A stretch of 64,000 nucleotides of DNA from an uncultured Oscillospiraceae bacterium (GCA_947630645.1 CANRIF010000003.1:2427-66426), one strand, 5' to 3'; positions 17,001 to 26,498 are shown, counted from the stretch's first letter. Numbers and translations: made by a program. Notes: generated by a model not told the origin, from the sequence alone.

Positions 17001-20000
17001 CACCTTCAACATAGCCGTTCCAGTACTTGATGGCGTTCTCGTTGACGGTGACCGTGAAGGTCACATAGCCCTCTGCGCCGGGTTCCTGCGTGCCGAGGTC
17101 CCAGGTCAGTTCGTGGGCATTGGCATCGTAGGTGATGCCAGCGCCTGTTACCGCGGTGCCGTCGGTATAGTACGCCTTGGCGGTGTCGGTATCATAGGTC
17201 ACGCCAGGGTCAAGCGCATCCTTAACCACGACCGTGGCAGGCTGCTCCTGATAGTTCTTCCAGGTGACCTTGTAGTCGATCTTCTCGCCCAGGCCCACCA
17301 GTTCTCCGGCGCCGGGGGTTGTCTCGGTCTTCTCCGGCTCCCACAGCGGGTTATCCACCTTATTGGTGTACCCGCTCACGTTGTCGATCGTGACCTTGGC
17401 CTTGTTGTGGATGATGTTGTCGGGGTCAGTCTGGTCAGGCGTCGTATCGCCGCTGGTCGCCTCGTCGTAGTCCCAGGTCCAGTTGGCGTTTTCGTTGACC
17501 TCCACGGTCAGCGCCACGTCGCCCTCGCTATCCGCGGGCCGATCGGTCAGCGTCCAGGTGACGGTGCGGCTCGCCGCGTCATAGGCGATGGTGACGCCGC
17601 CGTTGGTTGTGTTCCCGGCCGTCTTCAGTTCCACGCCGTCGAAGCTGGCGCTCACGAAGGTCATGCCCGGGTCGAGCAGGTCGGTGACGATCACATCTGC
17701 CGCCTTCGGCTTGCCGTCGTTGTCCCTGGCCACGTTCTTCCAGTGGACGCTGTACTTCACCTGGTCGCCCACGCCCACCGGCTTATTCGCGCCGGGGGCT
17801 TCCTCGGTCTTTCCGGGCACGGGGTTGGGGATGATGTCGGTCTTGATCTCCGGGTCATCCGCCACCGCGACGCGGGCCTGGTTCAGGATCTGATAATCGT
17901 TCTCGTCATGCTCGGTCTCGGGGTCATAGTCGTTCCAGTACTGGACGGCCTTGTCGTTGACGGTGACCTTGAAGGTCACATAGCCCTCCTGGCCGATCGG
18001 CTGTTCATCCAGATCCCAGACCAACTCATGATTCTCATAGGTGATTTTTATACCCTCGATCGGTCTGCCCGTTGCGTTCTCCCCAGTAAAGTACGCCTTT
18101 GCGGAGCCTTCCACGTAGTCCACGCCCGGGTCAAGCTTATCCCTGACCACAACGGTGGCCGGCTCGTCATAGTAGTTCTTCCAGGTGACCTCGTAGGTGA
18201 TCTCCTGGCCCACGCCCACCAGCTTTCCGGCGCCGGGGTCAGTCTCGGTCTTCTCCGGCTCCCACAGGGGGTTATCCACCTCGTTGGTGTACTTGCCGAT
18301 GTTGTCGACCTCCACCTTGGCCTTGTTGTGGATGACGTTGTCGGGGTCAGCCTGGTTGGGGGCACTCGGATTCTCATAGTCGTCGTAGTCCCAGGTCCAG
18401 TTGGCATTCTCGTTGACCTTGACGGACAGGGCCACGTCGCCCTCCGCCTCCGCGGGCTGGGTCCCCAGGTCCCAAGTGACGGTGTGGGTATCCGCGTTAT
18501 AGGAGATTTTGATGGCGACATCCTTCACGGTGCCGGTGGCTTCCCCGCTTGTGATCTTGCCCTCCGCGTCCTTGGTCGCCTCCAGCTTCACATCGCCGTA
18601 GCTGGCGCGGAAGAAGTCCACGCCCGGGTCGAGCAGGTCGGTGACGATCACGGCGGCCGCCGCCGGTGTGCCGTCCTTGTCCGTTGCGTCGTTCTTCCAG
18701 TGGACGGAATAATCCACCTGCATCCCCAGGGCCACGCTCTCCCCCGCGCCGGGGGTAGACTCGGTCTTGCTGGGCACGGGGTTGGGGATGATGTCGGTCT
18801 TGATCTCCGGGTCAGTGCCCACCTGGACTTCGGCCTGGTTCAGTATCTGATAGTCAGGCTTGGTCGTATCGGCACCGGTGTCGGTCTGATAGTTGTTCCA
18901 GTACTGGACGGCCTTGTCGTTGACCTTGACCGTGAACCGGACGATGCCCTCGGCCCCGGCGGGAATACCGCCCAGCTTCCAGGTCAGGGTGCCGTCCGCA
19001 TACACGCCGTCGGCCGACTGCTCGATGGCGTCGCTGTCCTCCACCAGCCAATTGCCGCTCTCCACCAGGTAATAGTCGACCCCGTCCACGGTCACGGTCT
19101 GGCTCTCGTCGATGACCATGCCCGCAGCCGTGTACGCATCGAAGTTGCCTTCCGCAGGCATCTTCACATACGCCTTGGCGGAGGGGCTTTCGGTGTTATA
19201 GGTCACGCCGATATCCAGCGCATCCGTGACGGTCACGTTGGCCGCCTGGAGCTGATAGTTCTTCCAGGTGACATCGTAGGTGATATCCTCGCCCACGCCC
19301 ACCAGCTTTCCGGCGCCGGGGTCTTCCTCGGTCTTCTCCGGCTCCCACAGGGGGTTATCCACCTCGTTGGTGATGTAGTGGTCCTCGCCGATGTCCACCC
19401 GGCCCTTGTTGCGGAGCAGGTCATCCTCCCCGGCGTCTCCGGCAATGTCGGTATCACCCCGGTCGGAGTCGTGGTCGGGTTCAGTTTCGCTGTCAGTGTA
19501 ATAATTCCACTCCTTGACGGCCTTGTCGTTCACCGTGACCGTGAACTCCACATAGCCCTCCGCGCCGGGCTGCTGTTCGCCCAGGTCCCATGTGATAAGG
19601 CGCTGCGTTTCGTCATAGGAGATGCTGGTATACTCGCTCGACTGCATCTCCCGTGCATTGTCGTCGCCAGCATATATGTATGCCTTGGCGTTGCCATCCT
19701 CATAGTCCACGCCCGGGTCAAGCTGGTCGGTGACCTTGATGGTGGCAGGTGTCTTCTCATTCGGGTTGCGCCAGGTGATCCGATAGGTGATCTCGTCGCC
19801 CACCTTCACGGACGGGCCGGTCATGGTCCCGGTCTCCGGGTCGGTGAAGGAGTTATCGGTGGTGACATCCTTTTCGCCCGCCTTGGTCTCGGTCTTCTCC
19901 GGCTCCCAGACGGGGTTTTCCACCGTCTCGGTGCGCTGGGCGTGGTGGTTGGCCACCTTCACCTCCGCCCGGTCGATGACCTTATGGTCATCGGGCTGGG

Positions 20001-23000
20001 ACGTATCGTCCTCATCTTCATCGCCGCCGGACGTGCCGGGGTCTGTCGTGCCGCCCGGGGCATTGGGGGCAGGCCACCCGTCGTCATACTGCCAGAACTT
20101 CTCCGCGTCCTCGTTGACCTTCACGGTCAGCTTCACCGCGCCCTTCTGGCTCTTGTCGGCCCAGATGGTCCAGGTGACGGTGCGGGTGTCCGCGTCATAG
20201 GCGATCTCCACGTCGCCGGGCTTGGGGTGTTCCCAATCGGGATTGCCACTGGTCGCCGGGGCAGTCGGCGGGGTCCCGTCCTCGTTGGCTTTCAGTTCAA
20301 CGCTGGCAGGGACTGTATCCGGATGGACGCTCTCGTCTTCGTCGATATCCGCCCACGTCCAATCGGCGTTATACCCCGCGCTGACGAAGTCCACGCCCTT
20401 GTCCAGTTCATCGGTGACGACCACCTTCGCCTGGGAGGGCGCCAGCGGCGTTCCGTTCTGCTCCTGGTTCTCCCAGCGGATCTCGTAGTCGATGGTGTCG
20501 CCCACCTTGACCAGTTCGTTGTCGCCCGGCGTTATCTCGGTCTTCTTGACTTCCGGCGCGTAGTTGATATAGTGTACCGCTTCCTCCCTGGTATCCGTGT
20601 CGCCATAGAGGGAGTAATAGCCGCTGCCATCGTCATTGCCGTGGGCGTTGAAGTAGGCGCAGTTGTTGGGCGGAGCAGTGAGCAGTTCCGGCTCGCCTAT
20701 CGCGCCAGCCACATCATTATAATCATTCGTGAAGGAATAAGATCCGTCCACGACGGCGTTGCCAGCCTCTTTGGTGCCGGCGCCGACGCCCACGTTGTCC
20801 GCCTTTTCGCTGACCACATAGTCCACGAAGCTGGCGTACTGCACGATGCGCGCCCCCAGCAGCTCATAGCCCGCCTTGGCCTGCTCACCCGTGATCTGCT
20901 CGGTCACCCGGTAGTCCGCCTGGTAGGGAAGGCCGGTGAATTCCAGGCCCTCGCCGTCGGCCAGGGTGAACTGCACCGTGTGCTGCGCGATCTCCTCCGC
21001 GTCGTGTTGAACGTGGCCGTCCCTGGGGTTCTGGAAGCTGGTCTTGTCGAAGAGATTGTCTTCCGTAACGCCGTCCGTCGTAAGGGTCTCAGTCAGGTAG
21101 GTGGTGCGGATATCGTACTGGCTCGAAATCGTCACGCCGCTCCGCAGGCCCAGGTCCTTGTCCAGGGTCATCGTGGCCGCGACGATGTCGCCCGCTGCGA
21201 GTTCACTCTCGGTATCCCTATAATATTCCGCAGTATCCGACGTGCCACTGAACAGCTTCGCGTCCTTGATGACATACTCGCGGGTGCCGGGCGCATGGGT
21301 CTCATCGGCCTCCTTATATGTGATGTAGCCAGTATTATTAGTCGCTTCATGCGTCACCAGATTTTTATCGTAATAGATGGTGACGTTGCCATTTTCGACC
21401 CCCAGCTCACCGTTTTCCGGCGCGCTGAACACCGGATAATTTTCCTCGGCCAGGCCGCCGACCCAAATGTATTTGCTGTCCTTCTGCGCGATGCTGCCGT
21501 CCGCGTTCAGCAGGAAGCCCTTGTTGTCGGTGAGGGCCTCGATGGTGGCGACCCGCTGCCGCCAGAGGCCGCTGTACACGTCGTAACGGACACGGATGGC
21601 GCTGATCTGCCCGGTGAAGCCCGCGTCGTCCACATAGACCTGGTAGGTAAATTTCTCGGGTGTCTCTTCTCCCGCAGGGGTATTGGCCACCTTCTTGGTG
21701 ACCAGCAGGCGGGTGTCCTGGATGTTCAGCTTGCCGTTGTTCCCAAGGTACAGGTTCATGACCAGGCCCTCGGCCAGGTCCTCGCCGCTGCTGGACGTGC
21801 TGACTTGGGGATAGTAATAGTGCGTCGCCGTTCCGGTGGCGTTGGTTTTCTTCTCCTGCGGCGCCAGGTTCCCGGCCCGGAAGCCGCCCACCTTGGCCGC
21901 CACGACCCAGTCGTCGCCAGTTTTGTCCTGGACGTTGGTTATAGAATCCGTCGCGCCGGTGGCGGGATTGTACCAGCACAGGTAGGCGCCTTCACCCACA
22001 CCGGAGCCCCCGACGCCGGAGCCGAAGTCGCTGCCCTTGCGCGCCACCACGAAGTGCTTCAGCTCGGCTTTGTCTTTATCGCTGACCTTATCTCCCGAGC
22101 GCACATAGTACTCGCCCACGATATAATAGGTATCGCCGGAATGGACCTCGTTGGCATTCGTCACAGGTGTGAGGGTCTTTCCGTCCGCAGTCTGGATTTC
22201 GCTTGTGGTATTCACTTTATCGCTCTCAGAAGCGGGCAGGAACATATTGCCGCCAGTCAGGTTTGGCGCCCCATTTTTGGCCGTATACAGCGCCAGATTC
22301 TTCTGGAAGATATAGAATCGGTTGGCGTCGCTGGGCGAGAAGGTGATGGACGCGTCGCCAAGGTCGCTGGTGTGATAGTTGGAGAGGAAATACAGTCTGC
22401 TGTATGTTCTGCTGTCGCTCGATGTGGGTCCGACTACGTCCTGATGCGCGGTGACGTAGCTGTCGTCCACCTTGCTCACGTCGATGTTTCCGGAGGGCAG
22501 CAGGATATCGTCCTGGACGCCCACGCTGTAAAACACCCGCAGGGGCTTGGCGGCGTTGGTGCCCAGGTTGTCAGAATAGGTATAGGCGGTGGTGCTGCCG
22601 CCGCTGCCCGTCTGCTCCACGGCGTCGATGGTCACGACCTCCATGGGCATGGCGCTGGCCGGCACGTCCACCCGCAGGGCCTCGGCGAAGCCGCCGGACT
22701 GGATGTTGCCGCCCTCGTACAGATAGTCGCCGCTGTCCTCCACCCAGATGCGGATGTCGCTCAGGCGGTACACGCCGTCGGGGATGACGCCCACTACGCC
22801 ATTGTCGGCGATGTCAGTCAGCCGGTTTTGCTCGGTCTGACCATTTACGATAAAGGTATTCGGATCATAATAACCCGCGTCGAAGTTGGAGGCAAACGCC
22901 GGGTTCACCCGCCACGTACTCCGCTTTGACGCGTCATCCCCGTTATAGTCCAGGCGGTAGAAGGTGTACTCCGTCTTCTTCACTTTATCTTCAACGCTAT

Positions 23001-25722
23001 TCGGATCAGTCACTTCCGTCAGGGTCGGCAGGAACTGCTGGGCGGTCTTATAGCCCACCCGGTACACGTCGCCTTTGGCCCAGCTGCCCGAGGTTTGAGG
23101 CGTATTATTGAGATCGGTCGGGTCGTCGCTTGTATACCAGCCCGCCGGGAATTCGGTTGATCCCTGGCCCGCCTTGTTGTGCGCTCCCATCCATGTGTTG
23201 TTCCAGTCCCAATCGTACACAGCGGTCGCGGTGACCGGGTGGACCTGGCCGAACAGGACCAGGTTGGTCACGTCCTTGACCTCCATGTACTGCCCGATGG
23301 GGTCGGTATAGGTCACGGAGTTTCTGGCCCCGGCGTCGTTCTCGCCGCCCACCGGGACGAACACCGACCGGCGGATCTCGCGCAGGATCTCGTCGAATAT
23401 CGCGTCGATGTCGTTGCCCGTGCCAGTGGAGGTGGCCTCATAACTCTTGGCGTCGTAGCCGATGTTCCGGACGATATCGGCCTGGGTGACCTTATTTACA
23501 TCATTGAGCAAGTCATTCTGGCTCAAGGGGAAGGTCATGGACAGCGTCCCGTTTGGCTTGCCGTCAATGGACGAAACGCTAGTGGCAGACCCCACATTGA
23601 CAGTTAGAAGATTTTCTTTGGTGTTTGTTCCATTCCCCAGCCATTCTTGGTATTCTTCAAAAGCAGACTGTGTAAAACCACCCGGATTACCATTTAACAA
23701 ACTCTCATTGTATTTTTCCTGGGTGAAATACTGCTTCGGGTCCAGTATCTCATTGCACACCTCGTTTATGCTCCCATAGGAGTGTACGTCGTAGCCGATG
23801 GTGTAGATCAGGGCGTGCGCCCACGCCTCCTGGCCCGCCTCGGTCGTCGGGTATTCAACGGCACTATCAGAGCCTTCGCCGTTATTGTTGTAGTGCTGCT
23901 CCACCCGGGTCTTCTGGTAGGCGGCGCTCATAAGCGTCTGAAGCACCACCGGGTTCCGGAAGTCCTCCGTGCAATACAGGTGTCCCTCGCCCGCGCCGTA
24001 CACCGTCAGGCCCGGGGTGGTCTCGTCCTTGAACGCATCGCCAAGCAGAGTGTAATATCTGGGCGTTGCCGTGCTGCCCGCATTCGCTTTATAGTTGTTC
24101 AGCACGAAACCGTCATACCTATTGAACCTGGTGAGCATATCGGTGCCATTGCCTGCGGTTTCGCTCGTTGTGGCGCCCTTGGTCCAGGGGGCGTCTGCGG
24201 TGGTACCCGTCTCCAGGCTGCCGCCAGTGAGCAGGGTATTGGCCGCGCCGTCGGTCATCAGCACCATCACCGGGACGCGGTTGTTCAAGTCCTGGTACGC
24301 ATTGGAAGCCGTGGCAAGCACGTCCAGGCCCGCGTTGATGGCGCACATGGTGTCCGTGTTGGACCAGCTGGTCACTTTGGCCGAATAGTGTCCTACTGTG
24401 GCTTTATCAACTCCCTCTGCCACTCCACCAGTTATCTCCGCGTCTACGCTCACCGTGCAGCCCCACTGGCCGGGCCCCCAGCTCTGCCAGTGATGCTTCG
24501 TGGCGGTGAGGTACACCCCGTCCTCTTCCTGTGCATAGGTGGCCATGGGCATCAGCACCGTGGCCACGGAGTCGTACACCACCACGCTGATCCGGTTCTT
24601 CGGGTTCAGCGCCAGGAACCGGCCGATGAACTCGTTGGTCGCGTTGATCATCTTGTACATGCGGTTGGGGGCGTTGTCCGCTCCCAACATGGGGCTTTGA
24701 GGTTCATTTTTCGTTGGGGCGATCGCGTTCCAGGTAGTTTTCCAAGTATCCGAGGGCCAGCGGGCGATATGGCCAGTCTTTCCGTAACTGACCCAGGGGT
24801 TTTCGCCCTCCACGGGCTTTTCGATTGCTTCCTCATAATACTGGTTGTAAGCATCATACAGCTTCTGGTAATTCTCCAGTGTGCCGTTCTCATCCAGTAT
24901 GTAGGTGCTTCTGCCCGTAACATCATTAAGTTCGGTCTGGTCACCTTCTTCCAGCTGGCCGTCGCTATCATCGTCAAGTTCGATCATCTTGTTGACCAGA
25001 GCGTTGACCACCGTCAGATAATCGTTGTAACTGGTCAGATGATCCGCCGCCATCTGGCCGCTCACGTTTTGGCCGCCATTGTATCCATTATTGTCTGCCG
25101 GCATGAGGGGGCGGATGCTGTCGGGGATGCCGTTGTCATCCTCGGACGCCTTCTTTGTCTCTCCGCCTTCTAACGTTTTCCCTATGTAGCTGCCCAGGTC
25201 CGGGCTGTCCTCCTCATAGTCCTCGGCCGCGTAGATCCAACTCTCGACCTCCCCCTCCTCCGGGGAACCCATAGAGCCGGAGATATCCAGCACAAGGGCC
25301 ATGTCCGCCGGGGTGAACTCGTTCACCACCTGACTGGAACCCAGCAGCGAAAATACGTGCAGGAAGTCCTCGGTGGTGGTGATGGTCTCGTCAACACCGT
25401 CATTGGCCTCGGTCAGCGTGACAGGGTTGCCGTTGGCAAACACCGACTTGTCCGCCCAGAGCCGCCCCGCGTACCGGCTGTTGTTGCTGGTGTTGCCTTC
25501 GGTGCCTGTGCCAAGGAGCATATTATGGTAGGTCTCCATGGTGTTGGCATCCGCAAAGCGCGCCTTAACGCCCTGGGTGGCGCCATCGTAGCCGACCCTG
25601 CCGGAGATGCTGTCACCCTCCGAGGCAAAGGCAGTGGACACCCCCCCATCTACGATGGAGAAGATCATCACCAAACTCATGACTGCCGCCAGCAGCCGCT
25701 TGCCCTTTCCGACCTTTTTCAT
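14020..25722 (-). CDS. Giant cell-surface adhesin (3,900 aa): signal peptide, vWA/MIDAS head, beta-rich region, nine DUF11 / pilin-D2-like repeats, pilin-linker-like domains, acidic and Pro-rich linker, C-terminal wall/membrane-anchor signal
   Basis: Start ATG at 25722 (RBS GGGAGGAACGAAT), MKKVGKGKRLLAAVMSLVMIFS...AFASE. MIDAS DISGS at 25273-25287 and MTDG at about 24250. Repeats begin NPLWEPEKTE or PNPVPxKTE and contain VGDxItYxVtWxN...VtDxLDpGV. The C-terminus is SPHTDD, then a hydrophobic stretch, then RRRRREK. Confidence 0.9.
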   Translation of the reverse strand: MKKVGKGKRLLAAVMSLVMIFSIVDGGVSTAFASEGDSISGRVGYDGATQGVKARFADANTMETYHNMLLGTGTEGNTSNNSRYAGRLWADKSVFANGNPVTLTEANDGVDETITTTEDFLHVFSLLGSSQVVNEFTPADMALVLDISGSMGSPEEGEVESWIYAAEDYEEDSPDLGSYIGKTLEGGETKKASEDDNGIPDSIRPLMPADNNGYNGGQNVSGQMAADHLTSYNDYLTVVNALVNKMIELDDDSDGQLEEGDQTELNDVTGRSTYILDENGTLENYQKLYDAYNQYYEEAIEKPVEGENPWVSYGKTGHIARWPSDTWKTTWNAIAPTKNEPQSPMLGADNAPNRMYKMINATNEFIGRFLALNPKNRISVVVYDSVATVLMPMATYAQEEDGVYLTATKHHWQSWGPGQWGCTVSVDAEITGGVAEGVDKATVGHYSAKVTSWSNTDTMCAINAGLDVLATASNAYQDLNNRVPVMVLMTDGAANTLLTGGSLETGTTADAPWTKGATTSETAGNGTDMLTRFNRYDGFVLNNYKANAGSTATPRYYTLLGDAFKDETTPGLTVYGAGEGHLYCTEDFRNPVVLQTLMSAAYQKTRVEQHYNNNGEGSDSAVEYPTTEAGQEAWAHALIYTIGYDVHSYGSINEVCNEILDPKQYFTQEKYNESLLNGNPGGFTQSAFEEYQEWLGNGTNTKENLLTVNVGSATSVSSIDGKPNGTLSMTFPLSQNDLLNDVNKVTQADIVRNIGYDAKSYEATSTGTGNDIDAIFDEILREIRRSVFVPVGGENDAGARNSVTYTDPIGQYMEVKDVTNLVLFGQVHPVTATAVYDWDWNNTWMGAHNKAGQGSTEFPAGWYTSDDPTDLNNTPQTSGSWAKGDVYRVGYKTAQQFLPTLTEVTDPNSVEDKVKKTEYTFYRLDYNGDDASKRSTWRVNPAFASNFDAGYYDPNTFIVNGQTEQNRLTDIADNGVVGVIPDGVYRLSDIRIWVEDSGDYLYEGGNIQSGGFAEALRVDVPASAMPMEVVTIDAVEQTGSGGSTTAYTYSDNLGTNAAKPLRVFYSVGVQDDILLPSGNIDVSKVDDSYVTAHQDVVGPTSSDSRTYSRLYFLSNYHTSDLGDASITFSPSDANRFYIFQKNLALYTAKNGAPNLTGGNMFLPASESDKVNTTSEIQTADGKTLTPVTNANEVHSGDTYYIVGEYYVRSGDKVSDKDKAELKHFVVARKGSDFGSGVGGSGVGEGAYLCWYNPATGATDSITNVQDKTGDDWVVAAKVGGFRAGNLAPQEKKTNATGTATHYYYPQVSTSSSGEDLAEGLVMNLYLGNNGKLNIQDTRLLVTKKVANTPAGEETPEKFTYQVYVDDAGFTGQISAIRVRYDVYSGLWRQRVATIEALTDNKGFLLNADGSIAQKDSKYIWVGGLAEENYPVFSAPENGELGVENGNVTIYYDKNLVTHEATNNTGYITYKEADETHAPGTREYVIKDAKLFSGTSDTAEYYRDTESELAAGDIVAATMTLDKDLGLRSGVTISSQYDIRTTYLTETLTTDGVTEDNLFDKTSFQNPRDGHVQHDAEEIAQHTVQFTLADGEGLEFTGLPYQADYRVTEQITGEQAKAGYELLGARIVQYASFVDYVVSEKADNVGVGAGTKEAGNAVVDGSYSFTNDYNDVAGAIGEPELLTAPPNNCAYFNAHGNDDGSGYYSLYGDTDTREEAVHYINYAPEVKKTEITPGDNELVKVGDTIDYEIRWENQEQNGTPLAPSQAKVVVTDELDKGVDFVSAGYNADWTWADIDEDESVHPDTVPASVELKANEDGTPPTAPATSGNPDWEHPKPGDVEIAYDADTRTVTWTIWADKSQKGAVKLTVKVNEDAEKFWQYDDGWPAPNAPGGTTDPGTSGGDEDEDDTSQPDDHKVIDRAEVKVANHHAQRTETVENPVWEPEKTETKAGEKDVTTDNSFTDPETGTMTGPSVKVGDEITYRITWRNPNEKTPATIKVTDQLDPGVDYEDGNAKAYIYAGDDNAREMQSSEYTSISYDETQRLITWDLGEQQPGAEGYVEFTVTVNDKAVKEWNYYTDSETEPDHDSDRGDTDIAGDAGEDDLLRNKGRVDIGEDHYITNEVDNPLWEPEKTEEDPGAGKLVGVGEDITYDVTWKNYQLQAANVTVTDALDIGVTYNTESPSAKAYVKMPAEGNFDAYTAAGMVIDESQTVTVDGVDYYLVESGNWLVEDSDAIEQSADGVYADGTLTWKLGGIPAGAEGIVRFTVKVNDKAVQYWNNYQTDTGADTTKPDYQILNQAEVQVGTDPEIKTDIIPNPVPSKTESTPGAGESVALGMQVDYSVHWKNDATDKDGTPAAAAVIVTDLLDPGVDFFRASYGDVKLEATKDAEGKITSGEATGTVKDVAIKISYNADTHTVTWDLGTQPAEAEGDVALSVKVNENANWTWDYDDYENPSAPNQADPDNVIHNKAKVEVDNIGKYTNEVDNPLWEPEKTETDPGAGKLVGVGQEITYEVTWKNYYDEPATVVVRDKLDPGVDYVEGSAKAYFTGENATGRPIEGIKITYENHELVWDLDEQPIGQEGYVTFKVTVNDKAVQYWNDYDPETEHDENDYQILNQARVAVADDPEIKTDIIPNPVPGKTEEAPGANKPVGVGDQVKYSVHWKNVARDNDGKPKAADVIVTDLLDPGMTFVSASFDGVELKTAGNTTNGGVTIAYDAASRTVTWTLTDRPADSEGDVALTVEVNENANWTWDYDEATSGDTTPDQTDPDNIIHNKAKVTIDNVSGYTNKVDNPLWEPEKTETTPGAGELVGLGEKIDYKVTWKNYQEQPATVVVKDALDPGVTYDTDTAKAYYTDGTAVTGAGITYDANAHELTWDLGTQEPGAEGYVTFTVTVNENAIKYWNGYVEGETGSGDDHQVLNQARVQVGTDPEIKTKIIPNPIPEKTETDPGPGMAVGVGDQVEYQVYWANAKDQAANVVVTDQLDPGVDLVSASYGGLTYNANGTTSGTADGVTIGYADHTVTWTLNQRAAGDSGWVYLTVVVNENAKKAWDYGDDGIGAPGEGDDNHIYNMAKVQVGNTSKYTSKVDNPVQQPARVTLLGNKVYTGGELTENMFHFTLTPYTSNPAGDPVTEAITKSNTAGGQVTFFTDAEYTEVGTYKYSVREVVTENGGHILYDVSIRTVTVVVSKDANGLLQATIQVNGPGDTISDGPASRVSVTVDFNNRHDDYIHVVIDGKKLLEGDDLEDGQFTFELTPVGGWVLEDTTANAAAINGEEELIGDADEPGDETQTGDGEPAPSETEEQEQNRNENQQENEEQLEGESQTEGESQTGDETDEADDQGAAAQVSYVRTVGYAPVMWDEGNGLEADLVPQDTLEDTPEDTPAPSDTPAPSDTPAPSDTPAPSDTPAPSDTPAPSDTPAPSDTPAPSDTPAPSGEPEATVEPEASAEPGATEEPEATEEPEATEEPEATEEPLVNAMALENGIPAGAVDLADRKDLQPMPEGKTAADVEAVTTTNVNDSYRFPSMTFTNEGVYWYKVQEVAPTETGKTLYDGTEYYVRVTVTRGDPTAEGQPGALSATVEYFLDDQGNTPAANLDFHNAKVNKTEPDPGDGTTVGIGDIITYNITWINDEAEQATVTVRDPLDVGVDFVSASDGGTYDAASHTVTWVFQNAAARSSGTVELKVQVNNKAVVKGKVDNQAHVQVNNRPEWDTDIMHNYVETGDLSIRKTVTGQGDKTKDFTFTVTLTDQDGTPVEGEFSYDGSKTGEIGHNGTITLKHNEQVTIHDLPAGTHYTVTESDNEGYTVTKSGDVGNIPANATASAQFTNYLPEQTPPPEETPKPDETPTPPPGTGSTPTPTPPGTSPHTDDPALPALWLAVLTLSLAGLCLAGGTALRRRRREK
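15316..15585 (-). repeat. In-frame 18-bp tandem repeat tract (15 units): 6 x (E/G/V/A)EPEAT-type followed by 9 x DTPAPS
   Basis: Units such as cgtggcctccggttcctc (15316-15423) and gctgggcgccggggtgtc (15424-15585) repeat head to tail with a few synonymous or near-synonymous changes. Confidence 0.95.
16459..20565 (-). repeat. Array of eight roughly 140-190-aa DUF11 / pilin-D2-like domains, partly as alternating A/B pairs
   Basis: A-type starts (NP[LV]WEPEKTE) are near 17340, 18260, 19345 and 19905. B-type starts (PNP[VI]PxKTE) are near 16910, 17830 and 18790. A 44-nt stretch is identical at about 17814-17857 and 18772-18815. Confidence 0.8.
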
Positions 25723-25860
25723 ATTCGTTCCTCCCATGAAACGACAGTACCCCCCCCCGGGTCATTTCTGCCCTCCCGCCTCCGCGGGAGATTTTTTCCT
25801 CGGGTGGGGGATAACGTGATCCCGAACCGCAACGCGATCCTCTTACTATATAACAGGGTA

Positions 25861-25889
25861 ATTATAATCCGACTTCGCCTTGATTGCAA
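25861..25889 (-). promoter_or_regulatory. Candidate sigma-A promoter of the adhesin gene (TTGCAA-17-TATAAT)
   Basis: On the minus strand the -35 is at 25884-25889 and the -10 at 25861-25866, about 135 nt upstream of the start codon in an AT-rich spacer. Confidence 0.35.
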
Positions 25890-26224
25890 GGCAATAGCGA
25901 AAAATTTCTTGTTTTTGGCTAAATTTTATGTCGCCCATCCGCCCCAGCGCCCGAAATTTTCCCGCTGTATGCCCCAATTGGATTTTATGCACGGACTATA
26001 CTCCGGATATGCACCGCAAACCCGCATGACTTCGTGGCGGTTGAATATTTATTCGCGCGCCCATTTTCGTTCGTTTCCTCATATCCGCATATTTTCACTG
26101 ATATTCGGCGTTATTATGGATATTTATGCGCCCTATTTTTGCCCCGAACGCCCCCTAGCCCTTTCGTTTTTCCCGGTTCTGTGGTACACTGTACATAAGA
26201 AAACGGCGTATCGGAGGACGGACC

Positions 26225-26449
26225 ATGGATCATCTGGACGAGATCGAACTGATAGACTGCCCCAACTGCGGCGGCGTCGGGACCATCGAGGAGGAGGGCG
26301 GCTGGTGCGTCTACGTCCAGTGCCTTGACTGCGGCGCCCACACGGCGGAGCTGTCCTATAAGGACGCCGACGGCCGCCGCCAGGCCGCCCGCATGGCGGC
26401 GATGAACTGGAACTTTGGCAAGGTCATCCGCCCCAACCCCGGCGACTGA
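26225..26449 (+). CDS. Small zinc-ribbon protein, Lar-family (restriction-alleviation-like) pattern (74 aa)
   Basis: CPNCGG...x17...CLDCGA zinc ribbon followed by AARMAAMNWNFG, resembling the CPFCGG...C..CGA...A...WN layout of Lar-family proteins. RBS GGAGGA. Confidence 0.5.
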   Translation: MDHLDEIELIDCPNCGGVGTIEEEGGWCVYVQCLDCGAHTAELSYKDADGRRQAARMAAMNWNFGKVIRPNPGD

Positions 26450-26457
26450 CCACAACA

Positions 26458-26494
26458 AAAACCCCCGTGACCGCGTCACGGGGGTTTTTTACGT
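26458..26494. repeat. Terminator hairpin, copy 1 of a roughly 38-nt direct repeat
   Basis: aaaa-cccccgtgac-cgc-gtcacggggg-tttttt-acgt. It is a bidirectional terminator between the Lar-like gene and the 94-aa gene. Copy 2 is at 27386-27423. Confidence 0.85.
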
Positions 26495-26498
26495 TCAA

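Noticed and set aside
14371-22929. A 2,852-aa ORF on the plus strand, antisense to the giant adhesin gene.
   Set aside because: The translation is monotonous Gly/Val/Arg/His/Asp/Leu-rich with no motifs, RBS or signal. Long antisense stop-free frames are expected in GC-rich DNA, and the minus-strand frame has clear domain structure.
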